NCBI GenBank assembly: GCA_003427395.1
Contig: BFEA01000023.1
Span: forward strand, 4,590,981-4,654,980
DNA from: Chara braunii
Lineage: Eukaryota; Plantae; Charophyceae
Direction: 5' to 3'
DNA: 64,000 nucleotides
Shown piece by piece: positions 1 to 11,645 of this stretch. A model generated the notes under the pieces. That model made no database searches. It saw nothing but the letters and a program-made list of their open reading frames with translations, and was not told the DNA's origin. Each line of letters opens with the position of its first letter. Positions within the stretch are counted from its first letter, which is position 1. Position numbers and translations under genes: made by a program.

Positions 1-775
1 ACCGTCCAGATGGACGGTTCAGCCCCAACCGGCGGGCGGCAGCCTCAAGAGCGCCGCCAGGCCCAAACGATAATGCCGTTTGGGCCTGCCCGTTGGGTAC
101 TGGTCCAAGATCAGGCCCTGAGGGCCTGTACTATCCCAAGGTCGGGCCTTTAGGCCCTGATGTGTCCCTCCGACCCTAAGTCGGGTCCGGTAGGGCCCGT
201 GTGCGTCGAAGATGTAACAGGTATAAACAAAGGCATAGTCTGTCAAGCCCAGGTGCGCTGATTATTATATGAGGGGGTCATAGGCAGCTTGAATCCTGTC
301 ATCCACGTCTTTTTTTTTTTTTAATGAACACACCTTCCCTGGCAGTTTCAGACTTGGGGTCAATGTTTCCGTACCCACATCTTTTTTTGAATGTTTTCTT
401 TTTCTTTTAATAATAAACACACCTTCCCTGCAGCTGATGGAACTGTAAAAGAAACCATTCAGAATTTAATATCTAATATTTATTCAATAATTTTAATAAT
501 TTGACGAAATTTATGCTAACTCCCCCACCTACACAATTTTGTGGAATTTATGCTCCCACGTTTTAATAATTTATTTATTAAATTTATGCTATCCCCTTGT
601 CCCTCGCCCCTCTGCTCTCCTCCCTCCCCCCATACTGCCCGTGCCCCCTATTCCCCATGCCATTCTGAATTTTTTGTCTCTCGCTTGTTGGACTGTAGTC
701 ACTGTACCCAGATCATATCCATTTGGGCACATACAGATCATACAGCTGATTGACCATGCTAACCTGGACACACAC

Positions 776-807
<32 letters not shown>

Positions 808-1777
808 TTGCCTTCTAAGATGCGGCATTATGACCAAGGCATCTGAAAATTTCCCCTGGCATCTTTCAGGTATTTGGCCAAAATACTTAGGCAAGAGGTC
901 CACAAGGATGTCATAAGAGTGTCAAAACCACATGCAGAAAAGACACAAAATATGGCATTATATCTTCCCATGTTCTAGCAGTGGAGATTCATTTTCATTT
1001 TGCACATTTGCTGAGTAGTGGAATGAGGCCCAAATTCTCCATATTTTCAGTGTGTCACAGCCCCTCCTTTGTTGTCCTCTTCTCCCTCTCTGCCTATGCT
1101 TCACCGCGCAGTTCTCTATGATGATCTGTCTGACGATGTGTATACATATATATCGTCAAACAGAGCTGCCCCGTAAACCGTAGTAGGCAGAGAAGGAGAA
1201 GAGGACAACAAACGAGCGGCTGTGACAACCTGTTTCATAGGAGTTTCAGTGTTACACCAACTGACTCGTCAATCAGGAGGCTGAACCCTCAACAGTCTGC
1301 ACAATTCCCTTACCTATCAGTGATTAGTAGATTACACTGTAATAGTGATATTCCACCTTAACCCCGGTTGCGGTTAAGCATCAACGATTACCCTATAACT
1401 GATACGCTGAGGTGGGCACCAACCACTGCCATTAATGTACCTGTGAAAAGTAATCAACGCAAAGCAGGCCATCGCAGTGCTGTATATAATCAATGATGAG
1501 TTGGCAAAACTTCGGCAAAAGTCCATCGCAGCCCGCTGTTTCTTGTCCTTTTCTTCCTTTCCGCCCACTGCAGCTCGCCGGGCAGTTCTCTGTGCCTATA
1601 TGAAGCGAAAGTTCTTGATTGGACTCATGCTTCAACTGTTGGCCGACGGTCTCTTCAGAATCCCTTGCGAAGATTTTTAAAAAAGGAACGATTTTTTTTA
1701 TTTTTTTTTAAGTTAAAAAAGCAGAACATCAGGGTCCTGGCTCCTTTTCCGTTCTGAGGGAGCGTCAGTCCGGTTCC

Positions 1778-1811
<34 letters not shown>

Positions 1812-2226
1812 CAGAACCTTATGGCTCTGGCTCCATTTCCATTCTGGGGAGCGTCAGTCCGGTTCCTATTCCCCCGGCAAGTCAAAATGGAAAACATAAA
1901 AGATACACACACGCTCCTCCCCAGTATGGATGGGAGGCCCGAGAAGACGGCACCGGCAAGTCAGAAAAATTACAACAGATACTCACACACGCTTCTCCCA
2001 CTTACAGAAAAATGACAACAGATGCTCGCGCACGGTTCTCCCCCTTACGGTGTGGAGTGGAGGCCTGAAAAACTGCATTGATTGTTTCCTTAGGGAAGGA
2101 ATCCGAAGGATGTACCATCACCCCTGCCCAAGGTGCTGTATTTGAATGCTATTCTGTTTACTTCTAGACTTCTAGTCTAGGACCCTTGCTTTTTCCAACG
2201 GACTTTATCTCCGTTCGATTCGGTAA

Positions 2227-2535
2227 ATGCGTTTGATGCTAAAAAAACCTAAATCAGAAATACAGTGGTTCAATAACGGCCTATTCTTCCTAGGGCGAAA
2301 ATGCAATGAGTACTCTAAGCTGATCGCAAAAAGACGCAACTTTCAGGAAATGGAGCTTCACAAACAACTTCACACCTTGGAAATGGAACTTCGGATGAAC
2401 CTAGCAATACCATTCAAGAGCTGCAGGAGCGACTGCTGCAGCACGCTCAATATAGATGGCAAGGAGCTAAAATCAGAGGGAAACTCACTAAATGGACATC
2501 CGAAGGAACCATGGACACACGTTTTTTTGGCATAG
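2227..2535 (+). pseudogene. Possible fragment of a second LINE ORF2 (helical linker between endonuclease and RT)
   Basis: The translation ...KCNEYSKLIAKRRNFQEMELHKQLHTLE resembles the L1 post-endonuclease linker. No catalytic motif. Confidence 0.3.
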
Positions 2536-3149
2536 CTAAAGTAAGAGCACACCGTAACACTGTTGAACCCTTTCTTAACCCTGACAATGACCATGACGTG
2601 GCCACAACCACGGCACACTGCACAAGTATTGTGTTACGGACTTTGCCAGGGCTCGATCCCTAGTCTATCTTTTGCTGTTTCGGCTGCATCCCGTTTTCGG
2701 CCTGGCACCCTTTTTCCAAACCCCTTCTTTGGTACCGTAGGATTTTGGACAACTGGCGCCATGCTGCAATTCGGGCGCCACTTTCAAATACTGCATTTTT
2801 CAGTTCTGCCCTCGGGGCCTTTGCAGAAATGCCCCTAGTACCGTACGTGTCACCGGTACTTATACCGGCTCCCCGTACGGTACGGGGGCCAGTCTCGGAC
2901 CAGTTCTCTGCTGCTGTACTCGTACTCAGTGTGACTTGCTGTTTCGGCATTCAGAATCCAAGACTTCGACTTTGTGCCTCGCCATTGTGTCTGCGTCCGA
3001 TCCTCAGTNCGAGTCCGTCGTGTCGAGTGAGTGAGTGTGTGTGTGTGCTCTCACTCTCTCCCTCTCTCTCCTTTCCCTCGGCTCACCCTCAGCCTGACGC
3101 TCGTTACATATTGCGCGTTCCTTCTTCAAGCAACTCTTCTCCTCACAGA

Positions 3150-6100
3150 TAACAAATCCCCTTGAGGAAGGGCACCAAAAGGAGCTGAAGGATTTCCTCG
3201 GCCCATTGGATAAAAGTCTTTGCCCTCAACAGAAAGCACAACTGGAACAGCCTATTACGCAAGAGGAAATATGGACGGCCCTCCTCCAGATGGACGAGGA
3301 CAAAACCCCAGGGGTGGACGGTTTTCCCAAAGAATTTTGGGAAACAATGTGGCCGACCCTACACCAGGATTTGATGAGCTACTACAAGGCGATGTGGGAC
3401 ACAGGACAGATGGGGGAATGTTTGGGTCAGGGGGTTTTGTCCCTCCTATACAAAAAAGGAGATAAAATGAACATCAGAAACTACCGACCCATCACCTTGC
3501 TAACGGTTGTTTACAAAATGCGTGCAAAAGCCCTTGCAAATCGAATGCTTGAGGTGATGGAGGATATTATTCACCCGGCCCAATCAGGATTCATAAGGTC
3601 CACAAACATCCAAGAAAATATACTCCTAGTCAATGAGATGATTCACCTGGCGCAGCAGTCTAAACAGAACGCGGCCTTCATCTTCATTGACTTCGAGAAA
3701 GCCTATGACCATGTGGACTAGACCTTCCTTGATGCATGCCTATAGAAAATGAATTTTGGGCCCAATCTGAGAAGATGGGTTCATATCCTCCACCACAACG
3801 CCACGACACGGGTACAAATAAACGGAAACTTAGCACCCGCAATCACCCTGCAGCGCTCGGTTAGACAAGGGGACCCCATTGCCCCCTTTCTTTTTGTAAT
3901 AATTATGGAAGCGCTGTCGGCCAATCNACGACAGAACAAGGACATCCGGAAAATTAAGATTGCAAAAATCCCAGATGAAGCCATCCCGGTATGCTCCCTC
4001 TTCGTCGACGATCTCACAATAATGATCGACGCCTGGGAAGGAAACATGGAAGAGATACAGAGGATGATGGACCGTTTTTGCAAACTGTCTGATATGGCGG
4101 TCAACTGGGGGACCAAAACAGTGGGATGGTGGATGCACCACCAAGGGGGACGACCGCCTGAAGTTCCTCGCATTAAATGGCTCCCCCTGGAAGCCAAGGT
4201 GAGAGTGTTGGGCGTCCAACTGATAGCGACCGGAAAGCCAACCACGAATGATGTATGGGTCCAGACGCCCACTCAAAACAAGATGACCGAATGGAACCAG
4301 AAACACACCTCAATTTTTGGGAGGGCACTCGTCATCAATAATGTAGTTATGGCATCACTCTGGTACAAATCACTCATTTGGCCTCTACGTATTGCAGCCA
4401 TGAAGGCGTTCAAGAAGCAAGCAACAACCTTTCTGTGGAGAGGAGACAGCGGGTCGGAACACACCATCAGTAGGGTGGCATGGGACGCAATCATCCAACC
4501 CAAGGCTAAAGGGGGCCTGGGAATTATCGACCCGACTCTCCAAACCCAGGCCCTCAGCATGCAATGGATTAAAAACCTCATCCTGAAATTCCCCCAACCC
4601 TGGCACCCGTTAGCCATGTAACAGATCGCCAGGCTTGCACCAGAGACCCCGGCAGGGGTGGACCCGCTTCTATGGTTCAATGACAGGTACTGGAAACTCC
4701 CCCGCAGGGGGAGAGGAGACCAAAGGGATGGACCCTTAAAAGACGAATACTGGCCACGCATGATCAAAATATGGCGGAAGATGCCCCCCCCAGACCGTCC
4801 GGAACCAGAGAGATGGGAGGAAGTATATCGACAACCCCTCTTTGGCAATCTGCGCATCAAGGACTCCTACGGTCAGGTGAGGTGCAGCTCCAACCCTCCA
4901 TGGAAAGGATGGATCAAACATGGGATATGGAGGGTGGGTGACCTATGGGACGTTAGAACAAGAACATGGAGGAATACAGAGCAAACGAAAGAAGAATTAC
5001 GCTATTGCCACCATGTGCACGAGGCTTTGGAAGGAATAATAGAAGCTCTCCCCCTCCAGTGGTATAATATTTTAAGAGCGGGTCCGGTTCATAAGGAAGG
5101 GGACTGGGTGATGATGAAAGGGAACTTTGGTAAGGTTGGAAGGATCCATCTGGTCAGACCAGAGGAGGTGCTAATTGAGCTCTATACAATAACGAAGGGG
5201 AACAGACTAATTGGCAGTACAGCTCTCTTTGTCTGGGCTCCCAAAGAAGAAGTTAGACGGGTCAGAGTGATGGGGGAAGGGGACAACCACTGGGTATATA
5301 AACCTGGCACCCCGATCACTGATCTGGGTCTCGATCCCATTGAGTGGAGATGGAAACCAGCTAGCCCGACACGAGGTGGTACCCACAGGGACACAACACT
5401 GGAATCCCTCTCTGTTAAAACTACGTACAGGATGATCAGGCCACGATGAAACTTAAAAGACACAGTGAATGATCGGTGGTATAGACACCTGAACGTTGCT
5501 AGACATTTGCTAACCCTGATTCGATGGTTCCAGGACAGCAAGAGGAGGCCAGCCAAAATCACCTCCCTACAATGGCAGATAACCCACAGATGCTTACCTA
5601 CCAATAACTGGCTCATTGATCACACCAGGCTGGAACAGCAGGGCCGCGCTCTCCCCTGGTGCAGCAGATGCCTACGAGGTTACCCGTCTAAGAAAGCGGC
5701 CGAGACCATCGAACACATCTTTCTACAACGCCCGAACGCCGTCCTCACCTGGCGCTGGTGGGACCGGATCTGGCAGCACATAGCTCCTGGATCCCTCTGG
5801 CCATGGGACTGGCGGGCCATCCTAACAGGCCACTGGCCAGGACGGCCCGAGGAAGATTTTGTGAATAATATGTTTGACCGGGGGAGACGAACAATCTTAT
5901 GGACGTTGTGGTGGCAAAGATGTGTTTTGACAATGGAGGAAGTACGATTGGAGGGGGAGGAGGTGCGTGAGCACATCAAGAATCAACTCCAGCTGGACAT
6001 AACTGATAGATGGCAGATAGTAAAACGTAGGCTAGACCTTTTTCAGCAGCCAAAGGACATCAGAGAAAANATCACTAAATTNNGTCAAGAATGGTTGGGA

Positions 6101-6310
6101 GGGGAAAGAGGCGGCTGGATTGCACAGGTGAGATGGTCAGGGGATGCAGGTGAGTTTCAGGGGGAGGACGAGAGGGTAAGCAGGGATTATTGCCTGCGAT
6201 TTAANGATTGGACTGATATTGACCNGAGCTTCCCAATGAGGCNCGCCTCCGACTTCCCGGACCCCTTCCCTCCACATCCTTTATCCCTAGTAGAAATAAC
6301 TGGGTCTTGA
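3150..6310 (+). mobile_element. Decayed, 5'-truncated L1/Tx1-clade non-LTR retrotransposon ORF2 (RT plus C-terminal zf-RVT-like zinc knuckle)
   Basis: Four ORF pieces (3206, 3749, 4658, 5465) lie in the same frame, broken only by in-frame stops. RT motifs: KTPGVDG, NYRPITLL, QSGFI, IDFEKAYDHV, RSVRQGDPIAPFLF, LFVDD. PKAKGGLGI follows, then CSRC...ETIEHIFL near the C-terminus. No endonuclease domain is seen. Confidence 0.93.
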
Positions 6311-7111
6311 GTCGGGAGTTTGGATGGGTTATGCAGGATGGCACANAAAGCACTCTTGACAATCAGAGCAGCAATTAAGTGGGGGAAGGCTCAGCCTTAG
6401 CCCCTGCTACAGCCCCGTTTACAGGACANATCAGGATGGGACGCTGGACCCGTTTTCCAGCATCGGCTCTCACACAAAAGTTTGGCTGTTTGCTTGTTGT
6501 CTGGTTGCTGCCCGGTTTACTTAGTCNNNNNNNNNNNNNNNNNNNNNNNNNNNNNNNNNNNNNNNNNNNNNNNNNNNNNNNNNNNNNNNNNNNNNNNNNN
6601 NNNNNNNNNNNNNNNNNNNNNNNNNNNNNNNNNNNNNNNNNNNNNNNNNNNNNNNNNNNNNNNNNNNNNNNNNNNNNNNNNNNNNNNNNNNNNNNNNNNN
6701 NNNNNNNNNNNNNNNNNNNNNNNNNNNNNNNNNNNNNNNNNNNNNNNNNNNNNNNNNNNNNNNNNNNNNNNNNNNNNNNNNNNNNNNNNNNNNNNNNNNN
6801 NNNNNNNNNNNNNNNNNNNNNNNNNNNNNNNNNNNNNNNNNNNNNNNNNNNNNNNNNNNNNNNNNNNNNNNNNNNNNNNNNNNNNNNNNNNNNNNNNNNN
6901 NNNNNNNNNNNNNNNNNNNNNNNNNNNNNNNNNNNNNNNNNNNNNNNNNNNNNNNNNNNNNNNNNNNNNNNNNNNNNNNNNNNNNNNNNNNNNNNNNNNN
7001 NNNNNNNNNNNNNNNNNNNNNNNNNNNNNNNNNNNNNNNNNNNNNNNNNNNNNNNNNNNNNNNNNNNNNNNNNNNNTGCTTGCGACCAGTTGCGTTCCTT
7101 TGGTACTGATT

Positions 7112-7149
7112 CTGTCTCTTATACACATCTAGATGTGTATAAGAGACAG
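7112..7149. other. Nextera mate-pair junction adapter (sequencing/assembly artefact)
   Basis: Exact CTGTCTCTTATACACATCT+AGATGTGTATAAGAGACAG (Tn5 mosaic ends back to back), 35 bp after an N gap. Confidence 0.98.
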
Positions 7150-7567
7150 GAATTATACCCAGGCCACATTCGAATAGAATGGCCAGGTGCTCTTTTTACC
7201 AGGTGTTACATTTGAAAAAAAAAAAAAAAAAAGAAAAAAAAAGTTAAAAAAAAAAACAGAAATCTGACTCTTTTACGGTAGGACCGGTAGGTTGAATAAA
7301 AAGTTAAAAACAGAGGGGCATTATTCTTGGGTAAAGACATTAGTACATTTAGCGCAAATTTACAAGGCCTCAATCTTTTGTTTTTCGTTAACTGTGTTCG
7401 GCAATGATGATGACGAGTCGTGCCTCGCAACAGAGTAACTTTTGGGAAGTTTTACAGTTTTTTTTTTTTTGTGCCGTTATTACGGCGTTTAAGTTTTTAA
7501 CTGTCTTTTTTTTTAATTGTTATTTTTTATTAACAGCCATTTTATTACTTTATGATGGTTATTGCAG

Positions 7568-7813
7568 GAGGAGCCGAAGAACATGGGGGCATGGGCGTAT
7601 GTGCAACCACGGGTTGCGACAGCTCAAAGAGAGCTCTTTCATAAGAAGCACGTGAGCTATTCTAGGCCTGGGTCCCCGAGTGTCGCCCGGGCGGGTCTTC
7701 CAGTTCGGTACATCGGGAGATCTCCTTCCGCGTCAACAGCAACAGGAAGCTCAGAGATTCATCAGGAAGAGACCAAGGCCATCATCTCAGCCGCGTTGAG
7801 GCTCAATGCCTGA
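7568..7813 (+). CDS. Terminal coding exon of 2-oxoglutarate dehydrogenase E1 component (SucA/OGDH family)
   Basis: T-rich tract and ttgcag acceptor, then EEPKNMGAWAYVQPR...YIGRSPSASTATGSSEIHQEE...*, the conserved OGDH C-terminal motifs. Upstream exons were not found in the window. Confidence 0.9.
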   Translation, partial: EEPKNMGAWAYVQPRVATAQRELFHKKHVSYSRPGSPSVARAGLPVRYIGRSPSASTATGSSEIHQEETKAIISAALRLNA

Positions 7814-8478
7814 AAATGTGCCAATGTGAACTTACTATTGAACCGTCACGTGGACTTTCGACTGAGCCTTCACGTGAAGTTACTATGGAGGAGCGTTCAC
7901 GTGTAACACACAGCAACGCTAGGAAAACTCGGAAAACAACTGAAAATTTGAATTAATCATCTCTAGTATGTGCGAATTTGGTTGGCGAACTTGGCGTGAT
8001 CTCAAAATTTCAACAAAATTTCCAGCGAGTGGTTCGCTGAATCGCTGAACAATTACTGGCGGACTTAGAAGACGTTAGCGAGCAAGTAGTTTCGCTGGTA
8101 ATTCATCCATCAGTGGTTGTGCTCGCAGCTACTTCACAGCGTGTTTCATATCGGATAGACAGGAGTGTTGTTTCACATCAGACGCTTATTCACGACAGCC
8201 AATGCGAACTTATTGCGGTGGTATTTGTCAGTGAAGTTGAGTCAACTGTGTTTTTGTTTTTGTTTTTTTTTTTTCCCATTCGTGGTGTTTTTTTTTTTCC
8301 GGCTTCTTTTTCATAGGTCACTACGTTCAGTTGTATTCTACAACCACCAGTCCACTGCGAATCACGTGAAGGAAAGTTTGGGGGTAGCAATTTACGTTCT
8401 GTTCCGACTATTTTTCCGACTACTTCCGACTCTCGATCATCGATTGTCATCTACGACTCATCCATGCTTAAGAGGTTC

Positions 8479-9212
8479 ACCACGTGCCATGCATATGGTT
8501 AACAATAGGTTAGGTTAACCAATTGCCATGCATATGGTTAACAATAGGTTAGGTTAACCACGTGCCATGCAGGGTAAACAATAGGTTAGGTTAACCACGT
8601 GCCATGCAGGGTGAACAATAGGTTAGGTTAACCACGTGCAACGCATGGTTAACAATAGGTTAGGTTAACCACGTGCCACGCAGGGTAAACAATAGGTTAG
8701 GTTAACCACATGCCGTGCATAGATGCATGGTTAACAATAGGTTAGGTTAACCACGTGCCATGCATGGATGCATGGTTAACAATAGGTTAGGTTAACCACG
8801 TGCCATGCATGGATAACAATAGGTTAGGTTAACCATGTGCCATGCATGGTTAACAACAGTTTAGGTTAACCACGTGCCATGCATGGTTAACAACAGTTTA
8901 GGTTAACCACGTGCCATGCATGGATGCATGGTTAACAATAGGCTAGGTTAACCACGTGCCATAACAACAGGTTTGGTTAACCACGCACCATGCATGGATG
9001 CATGGTTAACAATAGGCCAGGTTAACCATGTGCCATGCCATGCATGGTTAACAATAGGTTAGGTTAACCACGTGCCATGCCATGCATGGTTACCAATAGG
9101 TTAGGTTAACCACGTGCCATGCCATGCATGGTTACCAATAGGTTAGGTTAACCACGTGCCATGCATGGTTAACAACAGGTTAGGTTAACCGCGTGCCATG
9201 CATGGTTAACGA
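8479..9212. repeat. Minisatellite, ~37-45 bp unit (CCACGTGCCATGCATGGTTAACAATAGGTTAGGTTAA), about 18-19 copies
   Basis: Directly visible tandem array with small indel variants. Confidence 0.95.
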
Positions 9213-10363
9213 CTTTCCGGCATGGATGCGAGAGGTGGTGTAGGTAATGGACACACCATGAATGAGAAACGAGTTTTAACCTTTAAGAGTGAATGTTGTT
9301 ATGATGAAAGAAAAGATCGAAACCCCACCTGAACAGGTGGGACGGGTGGGTGAAACTCTACATTTGGTGAAGTTAGGAAGCAAAGAAAGAGACGGCAGAG
9401 GGCCGGTGGAACTCCGACGAAGCCGTCACAGGCCCTCGTTTGTTGTCTTCTTTTCCCTCCATGCCTACAGTTTACCAGGCAGCTTTGTTTGACGATGTAT
9501 ATATGGGTATATAATATATATATATAAAGGAAACAACTTGGGAGCTTGGGAGAGAGCTTCTAAACCATGGTTTTCAAACCCCATGACATACCTCTCTGAC
9601 GTATTCCGACGACAAAAATGGGCAAGTCCATGACACGAAACACCGTCAACATATGTGTTATCGTTTGTATGTTCTGTTTGGTGATGTATCAGAAAGGAAC
9701 AGCAAAAGCTGGCAGTGCTTACAAAGGGCTTCCCCACAGACCACCTACAAGATGACCAAAATGAGAGAATGCATCTTTCCCTAGCTAGAACCTGGAGAGC
9801 TGCTCCAGCCATAGCTTTTGTCTTTTTTTTCACATTTGGAAAATGGTACGGCGAGACCCAAAGCATAGTGTTAGTGTCGCTAACAGATACATCTCTAAAC
9901 TTGTTTCAGTTGCTATTGGAGAGATGACATCCATGACAAGAAACACCCCCCTTCTTCTTCCCTCTGCTGTCGGACCGTTTGGACTGCTCTCCAACCCAGG
10001 CGTCAAGTGCCGAGACCTCGTGAAAGACCCAGGTTCAAACCCCGGCCAACGCCAGTCCAATTTGGCATGTGGTTTACCCGCTTGATCACAAAATCCAGAT
10101 CTACTCAGGTTTTTTATTATATCAGAGATAGGTGCTTCCATTGTAATATTGGTTTTTCCAAGACTGATAAGTGTAGACAAGAATTTCACTTTATCACCAA
10201 GCTCCCAAAGTAGTGTGCGCATCGCATCTATATCAGGAGGCAACTACCATCAACGAAAAAAAATGGGGGCGCATGCCCGGGCTGTGCCTCTGGCCAGGCC
10301 TTACTGCTTGAGCGAGCCGCTCAGAAGAAATGTGGCTCGAAAGAGTGAATGGAGCAAGCTGGG

Positions 10364-10902
10364 GAGAGAAGGTTAACGGGGGGGCAAATATTCGTCGTTT
10401 TCGGCAGCAATTTGGTTGCCAAATTCATTTAAAATTTAAAAAACAAACGATATGGGTCCATAGCGCAGAGTCAAAACTGGAACACATGACGTGCCCTGAA
10501 GCACATATATGTCGTACACAAAGAAAAACAAGAAAAAAAAGCTAAAAATCAGCACAATGTGACAATTTCGGTGCAAAATTCACCGGAGATAACAATGAAA
10601 TGCCAACTTTTTCTTTCTTGGGAAACTTTTTGAGATGCCCCTGAAATTTTGATTAATTTGCGGCATGCCCCTCTGACGACCAACTTACCCTGGTGTCGTT
10701 TAGGCCTGAAAAATGTTTCATATGCCCCTACCGGTACCTCTGCCAAATTTCCAGTATGCCCCTGCCGGATAGCCGTTGAGAACCAGCAGAAATATTTCCC
10801 ATATGCCCCTACCGGTACAGAGCGTCTTTCCATCATGCCGCTGTGGCTGTTGTTGACACTCTCGGCCTTTCCCCTGGCCTGGGAGAGGATCTTTCTGCCC
10901 TG

Positions 10903-10983
<81 letters not shown>

Positions 10984-11076
10984 CGTGGACGCAGCTGCAA
11001 AATAAGAATGAATCTTCCCCGAGAGAGTGCAAGATTCATTCTCGTTTTGCACAAATGCAAAATCGATCCGCGCGGC

Positions 11077-11135
<59 letters not shown>

Positions 11136-11152
11136 TCACACGGCAGCAACCA

Positions 11153-11188
<36 letters not shown>

Positions 11189-11645
11189 CTTCGCACGGCA
11201 GCAACCAGCGAACATGAAGAGACTGACGGCTGCAGCATTTTTGGTGGCCTGCTGCAAGGGCGTCACAGAAAGATGCATGCCCCTTGTGAGGGCATTTCAA
11301 GGAGGTACCGACAAAATGCCATCCACAGTCCCGTAAGGGCATAGCGGAAAGTTCTGCCCCATGCTGACAGGGGCCTGCAGAAAACTTCAGAGGCCCCAGG
11401 GGCACGACAGGGTAAGTTGGCGTTCAGAGGGGCACGCAGCAAATTAATGGAAATTTGAGGGGCATCTCAAAAATTTCCCCTTCTTTCTTTATTGATACAA
11501 ACATGTCAAAACTGGATGCATGACGTTCCCTGAAGCACATATATGTCACACAGAAAGAAAAAAAAGAAAAAAAAAAGAAAAATTCAGCACAATGTGACAG
11601 TTTCCGTGCAAAATTCACCGAAAATAACACCCCTGATTGACCGCA
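10364..11645 (+). repeat. Dispersed ~400 bp repeat, copy A, interrupted by a Mutator-like MITE
   Basis: Shares GAGAGAnGGTTAACGGGGG..AAATATTCG...AAACGATATG...AAATGCCAACTTT...ACATGTCAAAACTG...GAAAATAACACCCCTG with 26091-26493. Confidence 0.75.
10620..11480. mobile_element. Non-autonomous Mutator-like (MULE) element
   Basis: Long TIRs GGGAAACTTTTTGAGATGCCCCT.../...AGGGGCATCTCAAAAATTTCCCC, 9-bp TSD TTCTTTCTT (10611-10619 and 11481-11489), ATGCCCCT subterminal repeats, (CT)n/(CA)n core. Confidence 0.85.

Noticed and set aside
7150-7186. Penultimate OGDH exon (ELYPGHIRIEW)
   Set aside because: The phase is incompatible with the EEP exon, similarity is weak, and it directly abuts the adapter artefact.
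10026-10054. tRNA gene (GACCCAGGTTCAAACCCCGGCCAACG)
   Set aside because: Only a T-arm-like 3' half, with no D-arm or matching acceptor stem. At most a SINE remnant.
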